Below, piece by piece: positions 49,820 to 63,476 of a stretch of DNA of 64,000 nt. This DNA comes from Squalus acanthias (Eukaryota), in contig CM059434.1 in NCBI GenBank assembly GCA_030390025.1, positions 110,670,001 to 110,734,000 on the forward strand, read 5' to 3'. Below the pieces are notes generated by a model. That model was not told the DNA's origin. It saw only the letters and a list, made by a program, of their open reading frames with translations, and searched no databases. The first letter of the stretch is position 1. The number at the start of each line of letters is the position of its first letter. The translations under genes and the position numbers were made by a program.

Positions 49820-50621
49820 GCCGCCTCCTGGCTCACTCTCACCGCACTTCGCCGAGTAGCTGTGGATGAAACTCAGCGCTTCAGCCGCTGCTGTGACACA
49901 GGCAGCCGAGAGAGGCCGACAGATCTCCAGGCACGCAGTCAAAGCCCTCGCTCTGACCATCGCCTCTCATATCGCAAGCTTCGACACGTTCTCCACGTCC
50001 ATCTTTAAAAAAATTAGGACGGTAACTTCATAAAGACGAGATGCAAGTCAAGTGAGGGCAATCCGCAAATTTATCAAGAGCGGGTCCCCACTCTACGTGC
50101 TCCTGCAGACACCCGGAAACCACAAGCCACGTGTGCTGCATCCAGCTGTTCATTGAATCAAGCCAACCACAACCCGACTGCAGCCCCCTGCCCTGTACCT
50201 ACATGTTACATTGTTCAGTTTGGCCAGCGGTTAGATTATAATTCTGCACAACCAATTCGGCCGATCTGTTTTTGCGTGGCTTTGAGATTCCCCACGCTTC
50301 CAAGTTCTCTTTTTAAAATTATGATGAATTATTTTTCTATAGACAGATATGCCAAATCCCAAGATTTGCGGGAAGTTTCCGTGCTTATAGGCTCTAACCT
50401 CTATTGAAAATATTTTTTTAATGTTCTTAAATCTGTGGTAATGCACGTTTTGTGCTTGGATACATTTTGTAGTTCCAAATTTATAGTTTCTATAATAAAT
50501 ACAAAAAGCATGCAGTCCTGACTCCTGACACTTAATTGCTAAAATCACATAAACCGCGATTTTAGCGCCTCGGGCATTAGCGGTCAGGGTTGGTTCGCTG
50601 AAATATTACGAGGAAGTTGCC

Positions 50622-50819
50622 AATAAAAACAGAAAATGCTGGAAATACTCAGCAGGTCAGGCAGCATCTGTGGAGAGAGAAACAGAGTTAACATTTCAGG
50701 TCAATGATCGACCTGAAACATTAGCTCTGTTTCTCTCTCCATAGATTCTGCCTGACCTGCTGAGTATTTCCAGCATTTTCTGTTTTTACTTCAGATTTCC
50801 AGCATCCGCAGTGTTTTGT
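50622..50819. mobile_element. Second Penelope-like palindromic insert (79-bp imperfect arms plus 31-bp extension)
   Basis: Arms 50624-50702 and 50710-50788; 11-bp TSD aggaagttgcc (50611-50621, 50820-50830). Confidence 0.8.
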
Positions 50820-51078
50820 AGGAAGTTGCCGAAATTTGTTTACCTTAAGCTAGAGCTTCCAAAAAAACTCACTCATGTCGGCGTAACTTAAACGCCAGTG
50901 TCTAAATCAATGCTATCAGAATGCAATGATTATTTAATTTTATATTTCACACTTTCAAATTAATCATGCCTTAATTTATAATTGAGAATACTTTAATATT
51001 TCGTAACATGTTATATTTAAGGACACGGTTGTATAGGCAGTGCTACTAGTGACAATCTAATGGTGTCTGTATAAAGAA

Positions 51079-52480
51079 CAGCAACTTGTATTTATATAGC
51101 ATATTTAACGTAGTAAAACGTCCCAAGGCGCTCAGGAGGTTGTGGGGCTGGAGGAGATTACAGAAATAGGGAGGGGTGAGGCCATGGAGGGATTTGAAAA
51201 CAAGGATGAGAATTTTAAAATTGAGGCATTGCTTAACCGAGAGCCATTGTAGGTCAGCGAGCACAGGGGTGATGGGTGAATGGGACTTGGTGCGAATTAG
51301 GACACGGGCAGCCGAGTTTTGGATGACCTCAAGTTTACGTAGGGTAGAACGTGGGCGGCCAGCCAGGAATAGTCAAGTCTAGTGGTAACAAAGGCATGAA
51401 TGAGAGTTTCCGCAGCAGATGAGCTGAGGCAGGGGCGGAGATGGGCAATATTACGGAGGTGGAAATAAGCGATTTTAGTTATGCTGCCGATATGTGGTCA
51501 GAAGCCCATTTCAGGGTCAAATATGACACCAAGGTTGTGAACAGTCTGGTTCAGCCTCAGACAGATGTTAGGGAGAGGGATGGAGTCGGTGTCTAGGGAA
51601 CCGAGTTTGTGGCAGGACCGAAGACAATAATTTCTGCTCATCCAGCACTGGATGTCAGACAAGCACTCTGACAATTTAGAGACAGTGGAGGAGACGAGAG
51701 AAGTGGTGGTGAGGTAGACGTGGGTGTCGTCAGCCTACATGTGGAAACTGACACTGTGTTTTTGGATGATGTTGCCAAGGGGCAGCATGTAGATGAGAAA
51801 TAGGAGGGGACCAAGGATAGATCCTTGGGGGACACCAGAGGTAACCATGCGGGAGCGGGAAGAGAAGCCATTGCAGGTGATTCTCTGGTTACGATTAGAT
51901 AGATAAGAATGGAACCAGGCGAGTGCAGTCCCACCCAGCTGGACGATGGTGGAGAGGCGTTGGAGGAGGATGGAGTGGCCAACCGTGTCAAAGGCTGCAG
52001 ACAGGTCAAGAAGGATGAGGAGGAATAGTTTACCTTTGTCACAGTCACATAGGATGTCATTTATGACTTTGATAAAAGCTGTTTCGGTACTGTGGCAGGG
52101 TCTGAAACCTGATCGGAGGGATTCAAACATGGAGTTGTGGGAAAGGTGGGTACAGATTTGGGAGGCGACAACATGTTCAAGGACTTTGGAGAGGAAAGGT
52201 AGGTTGGACATGGGGTGGTGGTTTGCAAGGCAGCGGGGTCAAGGGTTGGTTTTTCAAGGAGAGGGGTGATGACGGCAGATTTTAAGGAGAGGGGGACAGT
52301 ACCTGAGAAGAGAGCCGTTAACAATTTCAGATAACATGGGAGCCAGAAAAGGAAGTTGGGTGGTCAGCAGTTTAGTGGGAATAGGGTTGAGGGAGCAGGA
52401 AGTGGGTCTCATGGACAAAATGAACGCGGAGAGGTCATGAGGAGAGATCGGAGAGAAACTGGAGAAAAATGCGAGTTCAG
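51079..52480 (-). mobile_element. L2 LINE RT fragment with 3' tail
   Basis: SNLPFLSKVLE...SGFRPCHSTETA...LLDLSAAFDTV...GVPQGSILGPLLFLIYMLPLG across frameshifted ORFs; L2 tail at 51079-51135. Confidence 0.92.
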
Positions 52481-52799
52481 GGCCAGTGTATTGCACTGGC
52501 GAAAAAATATATATAATACTGCCCACAGAATGCGAATTTATATTTGTGATATAAATGTTTTCATTATGCACAAAAGGCACATTATTCCCCCGAATTAAAT
52601 AAAACTCAACTATTATCGTGCACTTTTTAAAGTAGCATAATTTATTCAGGTCTCAAATAAAATTATTTATTTTGAACTTTATAAGTATATCCAGAAGAAC
52701 AGACATGAAGAGTACGAGAGGTAGAACTACTTCACACCGCTGCAACTCGGAGCTCGCAAGCAGGGCTGGCCATCCATGAAGGGGAAGAAAAGGGGCCTT

Positions 52800-52936
52800 G
52801 GATCGATTGGAACGGCCTGTGCGCGGCACGCTGCGGGTGACGTAGCTCGCAGTGGGTGACGTAGCTCGCAGCGATTGACGCGGCCGCGCGGCTCCCGTAC
52901 GTGCGCGTGCTGGGCTGGCGGCGGTAAGATGGCGGC
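52800..52936 (+). promoter_or_regulatory. PMPCB CpG-island promoter
   Basis: ATTGG at 52806; duplicated gggtgacgtagctcgcag (52835-52852, 52854-52871); third TGACG at 52876; YY1-type AAGATGGCGGC over the ATG (52926-52936). Confidence 0.75.
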
Positions 52937-53012
52937 GTGTCTACAGCGGATTGCTCGAATTGCCGGGCAGAGGCTCCTCAGGAGGGACTGGGCCGGCGGC
53001 GGCAAGCGACAG
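52929..53012 (+). CDS. PMPCB: Mitochondrial processing peptidase beta, exon 1 (presequence)
   Basis: MAACLQRIARIAGQRLLRRDWAGGGKRQ is Arg-rich like a targeting peptide; donor cag|gtaggt, phase 0. Confidence 0.9.
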
Positions 53013-53136
53013 GTAGGTTCGGTCTGGCACAGCAGATTAGACCCGCTCAGCTCCCGGAGATGGGAAACTGTTTTCACCGATAAGGTGGAGATTTGGACCG
53101 CGCGGTTGGCTTTAATCTGGGGCCATTGGTGCAGCA

Positions 53137-53580
53137 TAGAGTCATAACGGCACAGAAGGCGGCCATTCAGCCTATCGAGTCCGTGCCTCTGCAGAGCAAT
53201 CCAGTCAGTCCCATTCCCCGCTCTATCCCCATAGCCTGCAAGTAGTTTATTTCCCTCAAGTGCCTCTCAGTCTCCCCTTGAAAACATTGAGTGTCTCCGC
53301 TTCCACCACTTCCGTCGGCAGCGAATCGGTCCATCACCACTCGCTGCATAAAAAAGTTTTTCCTCACATCCCCCCTGTATCTCTTGCCCAAAACCTTAAA
53401 TCTGTGTCCCCTAGTCCTTGTACCATCCACTAGTGGGAACAGCCTTTCCCCGTCTAGCCTATCCAAACCCGTCATAATCTTGTACACCTCAATCAAATCA
53501 CCCCTTAACCTCCTTTGCTCTAATGAAAACAAATCCAGCTTCTCCAACCTGTCCTTGTAGCTAAGATCCCCCATCCCCGG
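53137..53580 (-). mobile_element. CR1 3' fragment in PMPCB intron 1
   Basis: LSYKDRLEKLDLFSLEQRRLRGDLIEVYKIM...TRTRGHRFKV. Confidence 0.9.
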
Positions 53581-53861
53581 GGTTAATATGAGCCACCCAA
53601 GACGAGGCGGTGATTTAGTGATTTATTTGTTGAGGGGAACGGGAAGGTTTGGTTTTTAGTGCCATAAAATCATGTTATTTTGGGCCCTAATCACCGGTTG
53701 GCCGGGTAACGGGCTGTTACAGTGACACGTTGAGGTAACAATGACTGAGCTCAAATTGTAGATTGAAGTTCTACTATGGTGACAGGTTAATATCTTCTTT
53801 GTTTTGAATATTTGGTTTTGTGTCTCGATTATAAATGCTACAAAGTCCTAGGAGTGAGACA

Positions 53862-54245
53862 GTCACGCTCTCGCCTCTAAGTTTTGGGTTCAAGCTCCAC
53901 TCCAGTAATTTGAGCACAAAATCTAGGCTGACACTCCACTCCAGTGCAGTACTAAGGGAGTGCTGCACTGTTAGAGGTGCTGTCTTTTGGATATTTATCG
54001 TCTCTTGGGTGAGCATAAAAGATCCCATTGTCACTTTTCGAAGATAAGCAGGAGAGTTCTTCTGGTGTCCTGGCCAATTATCTGGTCATTTATTTCATTA
54101 CTGTTTGTGGGACCTTGCTGCATGCAAATTAGGTTCTCTACATTTTAACAGTCATTGCACTTCAAAAAGTACTTAATTGGCTGTAACGTGCTTTGAGACG
54201 TCCTGAAGTTGTGAAAGGTGCTATATAAATGCAAGTTCTTTTTTC
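53862..54245 (+). mobile_element. SacSINE1 copy with internal deletions
   Basis: Colinear with 45555-46025 across the Deu domain and L2-type tail. Confidence 0.85.
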
Positions 54246-54988
54246 TTTATCTGTGTCTACCTCAGTCTTTGATGTCTCCAACAAGTACAAATTAAGTTAC
54301 AGTTCACATTGTTGGGCTGTGGTCCTGCTGTGGCTCGTCAGGTTTGGTCAATAATCTCTTTAGAACTGGGTTAAGTATTGTCCTGTGAGTTAATTTAAGC
54401 ATTGTATATAAAACCGTAATACGGTACAGCTGAATCTAATTCTTGGATGTCTGTATGTTGGAAAAAGGGAGCAATCTGATACCCTTCACTATGTAGCCTA
54501 TATTTGTGGATTTTTATTAGGACAACACCTCCCATGCTTAGGATTGTTCTCTATATTAGAGGCTTCTCATTAAAATGAAAACTCAAGAATATGTGAACAG
54601 ATGCATGTTCTGCTATTTTGACAAGTTAGTGAGGAAGAAGGAAAAGGTCAAGTCGCAAATGTAATTAAATATTGCTTGCAGGTCACAGTAATAGAATGAC
54701 AATGGTTGATTAAAAAGCAACTCATTTTCCTGTGGTAAAGAGTTTAGAAATGCAGATAGATAACTGCAAATATGAGGTTCAATTAGATTTATACATGTGA
54801 CTGTATTGCATGACTCTACAGAAGTTATAATTGATGGAAGGCTTAAAGAATTGACTTTACAGGCATCATGTATATTAGAAGTAATTAGGGAAATTATCAA
54901 TTACAAATCTTTCTTGTAATGGTATTTTGCTAAAATTATATTGCTTCTCTACAAATTATCAAAAGATAATTTTGATTCATTATTTCAG

Positions 54989-55132
54989 CCCATCCTACAC
55001 AACTGGAATCGATTCCAGGCCACTCAAGCAACAGCTGCACACATTGTTCTGAATATTCCAGAAACAAAAGTCACTTATCTGGAAAATGGACTACGAGTGA
55101 CATCTGAAGACTCTGGTCTTCCAACATGTACA
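54989..55132 (+). CDS. PMPCB: PMPCB exon 2 (144 nt)
   Basis: tatttcag acceptor; [48 protein letters not shown]; donor gtgggt. Confidence 0.93.
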
Positions 55133-55499
55133 GTGGGTACTAAGCTGATTTGTGTACTTTGTATTTGTCCTTTATTTAATTCTTTTTTTTGTATGTGCAT
55201 TATAGTAACCAGAGATTTAATTGCCGGTTAGTGTATGCATGTTTCTACCTTATTGCATTATCTATATTAAGGCTGTCCAAACGTTTTCTCAGTGGCAATT
55301 TGGTTGGTGTACCTTGGGACCCACAGACCACCTATGGACATGGTAATGCCATATGTAAATGATCTGGCACCAAAAGCCAAATAATCAGCAACATTTTGCT
55401 AAAAGATCAGTACATTGAGCATGTTGACTAAATACAAAATGATTACATTCAAAAGTTCCAGTTTATATAGTACTGTCTGCAAACCCAGATGCCTGATCT

Positions 55500-56090
55500 A
55501 CATTGTGTGACTCCACCTCTAAGACTTTCCACTGCTGAAACCCTTATTCGTGCCTGTATCACCTGCAACCTCAATGACTATAAGGCTGTTGTTGCTGGTT
55601 TCCCATCCTCCATAAACTCTAGCTTGTCTAAAACGCGACCAAACGTTTTCTATTCCACACCAAGTTCCATTTGGCCATCATCCACATCCTCATTGACCTA
55701 CATTGGCTCCGCGTCCCCCAGAACATTAGGTTTAAAATTCTGTTCTTGTCTGTAAATCCCTCCATGGCCTTGCCCCACCCTATCTCTGCAATCTTCTCCA
55801 GCCTTGTATCCCATCCTGAATGTTCCGTTCCTTTGACTCCCGTCTTCTGTGCATTTCCCCCTTCATCCCACGACTGGTGACAAAACTTTCAGCCATCTAG
55901 TTCGCCGCTTTGGAACTCCCTCCTTAAGCCATTCTGCCTCAATTTTTAAAAACTTCTTCAAGACCCATCTCCGTGACCGTTGCCCATTCTAATCTGTCCC
56001 TTCCAGACTCGGCGTCTGTTTCCCTTGCATCTATTTGTGAAATACTTTGGGGCATTTCTTGCATTGAAGGCACTGTCTAAATGCTTGTTA
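55500..56090 (+). mobile_element. Degraded L2 LINE 3' fragment
   Basis: AETLIRACIT.. and ILIDLHWLRVPQNIRFKILF match the L2 C-terminal region seen on - at 51.1-51.5 kb. Confidence 0.75.
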
Positions 56091-56239
56091 TCTTCATCCA
56101 AACTCTTCCTCCTCCTCCTCCTCCTCCTGGAACCATGCTGCACTTGCCCAGCTTAGCAATGTGATTCTCCAACTTGTATCCTATATAGAGAGCAGGCTTC
56201 CTCCTCCTCCCCTACCAACAAGGCTGCACTTGTGGGATC

Positions 56240-56540
56240 TTAACTGACACATGGGTGCATGATGCCTGTGACAGGAAAAAGTGGGAAAAGATAATTCACG
56301 ATGGCATGACAAAGCTTGAAGCAAGTCCTATCCAGCTCGAAGAAAAGAGAACCCAAAGGAAATCGAGGAATGATCAGCCCGTAAATCACTCTGACATTTG
56401 ATGTCCTGTGTGCAGGAAAAGATTCCTCACAAAAATCGAACTTTATAGTCATATGAAAACCCACAACCTGTATTAAATGGAGGTGAATCATAGGCTGTCA
56501 TCATCGACAACAATGCACAAACCATCATCATCGTCATTAA
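56240..56540 (+). mobile_element. RTE-clade LINE 3' end
   Basis: 56402-56476 encodes CPVCRKRFLTKIELYSHMKTHNLY*, a C-terminal C2H2 finger, followed by a short UTR and a (cat)n tail. Confidence 0.65.
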
Positions 56541-58208
56541 GATCAAAAGTAAATTTCATTGTTGTCAACGCCAAGTTTCTTTGGAAAGTTAAAACCAATC
56601 AATAAGATAACAAGAAAAGAAGTAAAATATTTCTATAAAATGTAAAGAAAAAGTCATAAATATTGTCACTTTGGTACTTGCTTTTTAGTTAGTGTGTCGT
56701 GTTGGCTCAGATTCTGGTTGTCTGGAGGTCTTTGTCCTGGCTCATGCTGATTGCCCTTTACCCTGTGGCTGAGTTTCAAGGAGCCTACAAGGAGAGAAAG
56801 GGGTGCAGTGTATTTCGTGAGATGTTTTTCTAGATCTAGCTGAGCTTCCAAATTCTTAGAGATCATCTCTGCCTTCGGCAACTTCCTGCTCTCTGAGATT
56901 TGCCACGCATCCACAACAACAGTTTTGAAATTGTTCCGTGATCGTGGTTTGAACTGGCATTTCAAGTATGGGTCAACATAGCCCTGTCTTACCTATGATG
57001 AGCTCTGCCATTTTGACTTTACTTGATTTTACTCTCTGTGCCTTTCTGTCTTTTAAAGCTGCATCTATCTCCTTGAATCTCTCTTCTGATGAAACTAAGA
57101 ATTTATTTGCATCCCTGCCCTTGGTTTATTTCCCCAGATCCTCATTCCTTCTCTACATTGGCTAATGTAATAATATCATATTACATCATTTCCTATGATG
57201 TTGCTTTACAGATTAAAAATAAACTATTAATTGGCCTTGCTGCAACCTAAAAATTGTTATGGTTGATCAACCCAGCAAATAGCTTTGCTCTTGTTGAGTT
57301 GCCGTCTGATAGAATTGATATGGGTTCATTAGAGCGGCTTGATAATTGAGCCTGGAAGCTCCATGGGATGTATTTTGTCTTCTGTGTAGCTTTTCTCTGC
57401 CTCTCCCTAAGGAAGGGTTTGTGTGAGAGAGTTCTAGCTTGATTTTTCAAAATATACTACACATTTATCAGTGTAGAACTATATTTGCCTGCTTAACCTG
57501 TTGATTTCTCCTATTGTCTCATTCTTCCTGACAGTTTGCCATGTTCCCTAATTTAGTATTGTCAGCAGATTTTGATGATATCCCTCTGTGCCCATGTTCA
57601 GATCATTCATATAAATGCTGAATGAGAGAGGCCCCAACACAGAATGTCACTAGCTGTACCTTGCCAACCTAAGAAACATCCATTTACTCTAACTCTTACT
57701 CAGCTTTCTGTCCTTTAGCTATTGTTCAATCAATGCCAATAACCAGCTGTACCTTTCTAATAGTTATCCCATACTATGCTTTTTTAAAAAAAAATTGTTT
57801 ATGGGATGTGGGTGTGTCGCTGGCAAAAACAAAACAATTTTCACTGATAAATTCCCAGATTTTGTGTGGTGAATCAGTTTAAAAAAAAAAAAAGAAAATA
57901 GTCTCTCCAATTTGAGAGCAACCCTCCCCTTTGCAATTTCCCATTGTTTTCTTACCAAAAATCAGGTCCAGAGATGCACTTGTGTCACATCTGTGATGTC
58001 AGCTTGCATGTTGCACGTGCCGTACTGACGTCACGGATGTAATGTAATGCAATGCATCTGGACTGGGTTTTCAATTGGAATAGAAGGCTATGTAATTTAT
58101 TTTTTAGGGGAACCTAGATTATCTTTAGGTATTGATGTGTGGAAATTGTTTAGCTTTGATTCAAATTTATATGTTGCCTCCTGAAGTACAGCTTGTTGCT
58201 TTCTGTAG

Positions 58209-59205
<997 letters not shown>

Positions 59206-59498
59206 TAATTAGCTTTTGAACCTGAATGCTATAGAACATAAAGGTTCTCTTATTTTGAAGAGAGCTATAGTTCTGTAAATTACATTTCTTTTGAGGCCTT
59301 GTCACTAGTAACTGGAAGAGATGCTTTTTCCCTCCCACACAAAGAATAATGTGCTCTTTAATCTGCATTCATTGTGAATGTAATCAGCGTTGTGTTTTCC
59401 AGAAACTATAATCATTTATCTGCCCACAAAACATGATAAGCTGTATAATAATACAGGATTCAGTGAAGAGAACTTGGTCATTAAAAACATCTAATTAA

Positions 59499-59771
<273 letters not shown>

Positions 59772-59830
59772 TAATAGTCATCTTTAATTTTTTCCTAATT
59801 TTAAACTCACTGGAATAATTTTTGTAACAG

Positions 59831-59910
59831 ATCTATAACTCGGAATGACCTGGTGGAATATATCACAACACACTACAAAGGACCGAGGATTGTATTGGCT
59901 GCTGCTGGAG
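59831..59910 (+). CDS. PMPCB: PMPCB exon 6 (80 nt)
   Basis: [26 protein letters not shown](G); follows an 81-nt intron; donor gttatt. Confidence 0.95.
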
Positions 59911-60404
59911 GTTATTACATTTTCAGTCGATTCTTCTAATAAGTAATGAGCTTCATTCTAATGCCCACGAGTCACAGTGCTTTCAGGCAACAGAGAATAT
60001 GGTTTTGGTGCATTTGGTAATTTTTATTTTGTTATTGATATGAACATTTTCTTAGAGGAGGGAATGTTATTGGATATAAAGAAGACAATTTGTTGGGAAA
60101 TGCAGCTCTTTGAGCATAAACTGAGGACAGTAATATGAAGCTTAAAAATACATGATCTTTTTTGATCATTTGTAGAAAAATGTTTTGATGTTTTATATTA
60201 AAGTAATTGTGCTGTCGGATTGACTTTTGTTTGTTGAAGACTTAACATAAAGCAACTGTTTGAATTGTCCATCAATGCTTGTGACTGATCTGTGCACTCA
60301 AAATTTCATTGAAGTATTTTAGTGCATTGTAGCTTTTTTTAAAAAAACTTACCGCAAATGATGCATCCCAAGCGGCTGGGTTTATCCTGTGTGTAATTCT
60401 GTCA

Positions 60405-60725
60405 TACAGACGAGGAAGGTCCCAGATTCAATCCCTGATTTGCGCTGTAGGGCTGCTACAATTAGTATTACAGGTTTAAGGAGAGGAAACATCAGCCATG
60501 GTTCCCACTCCAATCATTAGCCCCTGCTAGAAATGCACATATGTGAACGTCAGTTGAGGATAGGATTGGGCTTTACTGTAATGCCCCCTGCAGTTCATTA
60601 GCCTGCTGACACTGTCCATGCTCACATGTGAATAATGGCCAGTTGGGTAAGGTACTGGAAGGTGATCAGCATGCACAGAAGCACACCCAAACAAGGAGTC
60701 AACAGCTTCAGGAGGGAGGGAAGAA
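60405..60725 (+). mobile_element. Copy of the unnamed tRNA-headed repeat
   Basis: ggaaggtcccagattcaatccctg...gggctgctacaattag...gaataatggccagttggg...gagtcaacagcttcagg. Confidence 0.6.
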
Positions 60726-60932
60726 ATACATGACTTGAGGTACAGGTATTTAAGTTGCATGCATTTTGCTTAGATTTCTTTTGTCCAAATGATCATCTTT
60801 ACAAAGTAAGAAGTACTCTGTGTGCAGAAATTAATTGGATTTTTAGATGAAGTTGAATGTCTTTTTTTGTATGTCTGCCAGTGTAGTTGTGCATTTTCTT
60901 CAACACTTTGATGTTTGAATGCCTTCTTGCAG

Positions 60933-61048
60933 GAGTGGGACATGATGAATTGGTTGAATTGGCAAAGCATCACTTTGGTAATCTATTAACTACCTATGTC
61001 GGTAATTCCACACCAGATCTGCCTCCCTGTAAGTTCACAGGAAGTGAG
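60933..61048 (+). CDS. PMPCB: PMPCB exon 7 (116 nt)
   Basis: (G)[38 protein letters not shown]; donor gtatgt. Confidence 0.95.
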
Positions 61049-61267
61049 GTATGTGCATAAAGATCTAATCACTTCACCAAGGTTGCATGCTATTGCTAGA
61101 CTGAGCACGTAGGCGGGTGACCTGCTCCCAAATCCCCCTCTATACAATTAAGTCTCGACAAGTTGATGCTATGAGCTCAATCTTTGTCTCTTCTCTTTCT
61201 ACATAGAAATACCTGACCGTAACTTTGCACTCTTCCTTGTGATCTTGCAGAGATCTGCAGCATCCAT

Positions 61268-61372
61268 TTGAAGATGATGTAGCATGGTCTTCGACCTGAA
61301 ACGTTAACTCTGTTTCTCTCTCCACGGATGCTGCCTGGCCTGCTGAGTTTTTCCAGCGTTTTCTGTTATTTA
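61268..61372 (+). mobile_element. Fragment of the second Penelope-like family
   Basis: cgacctgaaacgttaactctgtttctctctccacggatgctgcctg matches the right arm at 50710-50788. Confidence 0.75.
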
Positions 61373-61477
61373 GCATGATGGTTCACTAGCTGATGTGCCA
61401 TCTGGCTGGCTGTTGTCTACCTGTCTTTTTTGGGGTTTTTTCCAACCGTTAGTGTGTCTTTTCTTGTTTATCCTCAT

Positions 61478-61845
61478 AAGAACATAAGACGTAGGAGCAG
61501 GAGTAGGTCATTTGGCCCCTCGAGCCTGCTCCGCCATTCAGTAAGATCATGACTGATCTTGGCCTCAACTCCACTTCCCTGCCTGCTCCCCATAACCCTT
61601 GACTCCCTTACCATTCAAAAATCTGTCTATCTCCACCTTAAATATATTCAATGACCCAGCCTCCACAGCTCTCTGGGGAAGAGAATTCCAAAGATTCACG
61701 ACCCTCAGAGAAGAAATTCCCCTCATTTCCGTTTTAAATGGGTGCCCCCTTATTCTGAAATTATGCCTCCCAGTTCTAGATTCCCCCACGAGGGGAAACA
61801 TCCTCTCTGCATCTACCCTGTCGAGCCCCTTCAGAATCTTAAATG
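61478..61845 (-). mobile_element. CR1 3' fragment with a 19-bp TSD
   Basis: MFPLVGESRTGRHNFRIRG...RVVNLWNSLPQ; ttttcttgtttatcctcat at 61459-61477 and 61850-61868. Confidence 0.9.
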
Positions 61846-62497
61846 TGTTTTTTCTTGTTTATCCTCATGTAGCAAAACAAATGTATGTATTATTGTGATA
61901 TAATAGGGAAAGCAAAGGACTGAATGAGTTAATTTATTAGTCATCATGAATGGACAGAAATTTTTACTTGATTGCACAACATTGTATAAGCTTGTACTCT
62001 GAATGTCAACCAGTGGGAGGGGAGAGAAAACAAGCAAAGAAAATCTACCTGTTATTTGATAACTACTTAGATATTTTATGTATTTAAAGTTTGTAAAATT
62101 GTATTGGTCACATTATGGAAAGAATAACCATGTTGATGTCTAAGAATTTTGGTTGAGAAGTATTGAACTGAGTAGGTTTGAGTGACTGCTGGCTCTGGGA
62201 ACTCCTTATTCCTTGATGATAGCTGTGAATTTCCAATTGCTTCAATTACTGGGCCTTTAGTATATATTCATACAAAATATACATAAAAGTCTAGTCTGTT
62301 ATGTTGTACGGTGTTAAAATGCACAATTTATTTTCTCAACTCCAACACATTGTTAGATTTTAATTCAGATAGTGTATTTAAATCTACAAGTCTTTGATGG
62401 ACTGATTGTCAAGTTGGTCTAGGGACAGGAGACAGTTCTTGTACTGTGATAATCGCATCAGACTTGCATTAAAGTGATAACTGATTTTGTTTAACAG

Positions 62498-62641
62498 ATT
62501 CGTGTAAGAGATGACAAGATGCCATTGGCTCATATTGCAATTGCTATTGAAGCTGTTGGCTGGTCACATGCAGACACCATTCCACTGATGGTGGCAAACA
62601 CCCTGATTGGTAACTGGGATCGTTCTTTTGGTGGTGGTGTG
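62498..62641 (+). CDS. PMPCB: PMPCB exon 8 (144 nt)
   Basis: [48 protein letters not shown]; donor gtaagt. Confidence 0.97.
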
Positions 62642-63315
62642 GTAAGTAAGTAGGAAAACCTCATCAGAAAATAGTTTTGATTTATAGAGCCTATTAATAA
62701 TTTGTACCCTCCTTTTAAACATCTACTGGCTCCAAGTTTATGCTTTCAGGAAGATTGCGGCCAATAAAATACAATGTGCTTTCAGTGCTGATCAAGCTAA
62801 AATGAGAATTCCATGTATTGTGATAAATCCCAACACCTGAAACTGGGAACTAAACCTCTCTAGTCTTATCACTTTCTCAGGCTGCATCAAGAATTTTCTC
62901 TCTCAAATTTAGTTAGCTCCCTTCCTGAAAGTGTTGACTGTGCAGGTAGCACAAAATAGACTCTGGTAGAATCTTACCAATCTCAACACAATCTTTCATT
63001 TGTTGTCATTTTCTGCTTTCTATTATGTAGCCAGTTTGCAAACCAGTTAGCTATTTTTTTCTATCCATTTCACGGTCATTTATCACGTTAGTTTTGGGCT
63101 GTTGCGTGTAAACAGGCAATCAAGACCACACCACCCTGGGCCATTTAGTCAGTATTTAACGAGTTCTAAATGCCTTGCCTCCTTCCAGATTGAGGAATAG
63201 TAAAATAACCTAACTGTTCTATTCCATTGCCACTATTTGTTTTTTTTTAAATGCTTTACATATTCTTGTTTAAAATTAAGTTGGCTCGCTGAATAAACTT
63301 TTTTTTAAAAAACAG

Positions 63316-63476
63316 AACTTGTCCAGTAAGTTGGCACAGATCGCTTGCCAGGGTAACCTCTGCCATAGTTTCCAATCATTCAACACCTGCTATACAGACA
63401 CTGGGCTTTGGGGGCTTTACATGGTCTGTGAGTCTAACACGATCGACGACATGCTGCATTTTGCTCAGAGAGAGTG
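63316..63476 (+). CDS. PMPCB: PMPCB exon 9 (161 nt); gene continues beyond the window
   Basis: [53 protein letters not shown](W); donor gtaagt. Confidence 0.97.

Larger units (their letters stand above)
47400..50300 (-). promoter_or_regulatory. CpG-rich NAPEPLD 5' / promoter region
   Basis: CpG density visibly higher than in flanking introns; several CCAAT/ATTGG boxes; E-boxes cacgtg near 48251 and 50129; candidate - strand donors at 47966, 48149 and 49787. Confidence 0.6.

Noticed and set aside
56402-56476. Host zinc-finger exon
   Set aside because: An in-frame TGA sits immediately upstream and a (cat)n tail follows; it fits an RTE LINE C-terminus.
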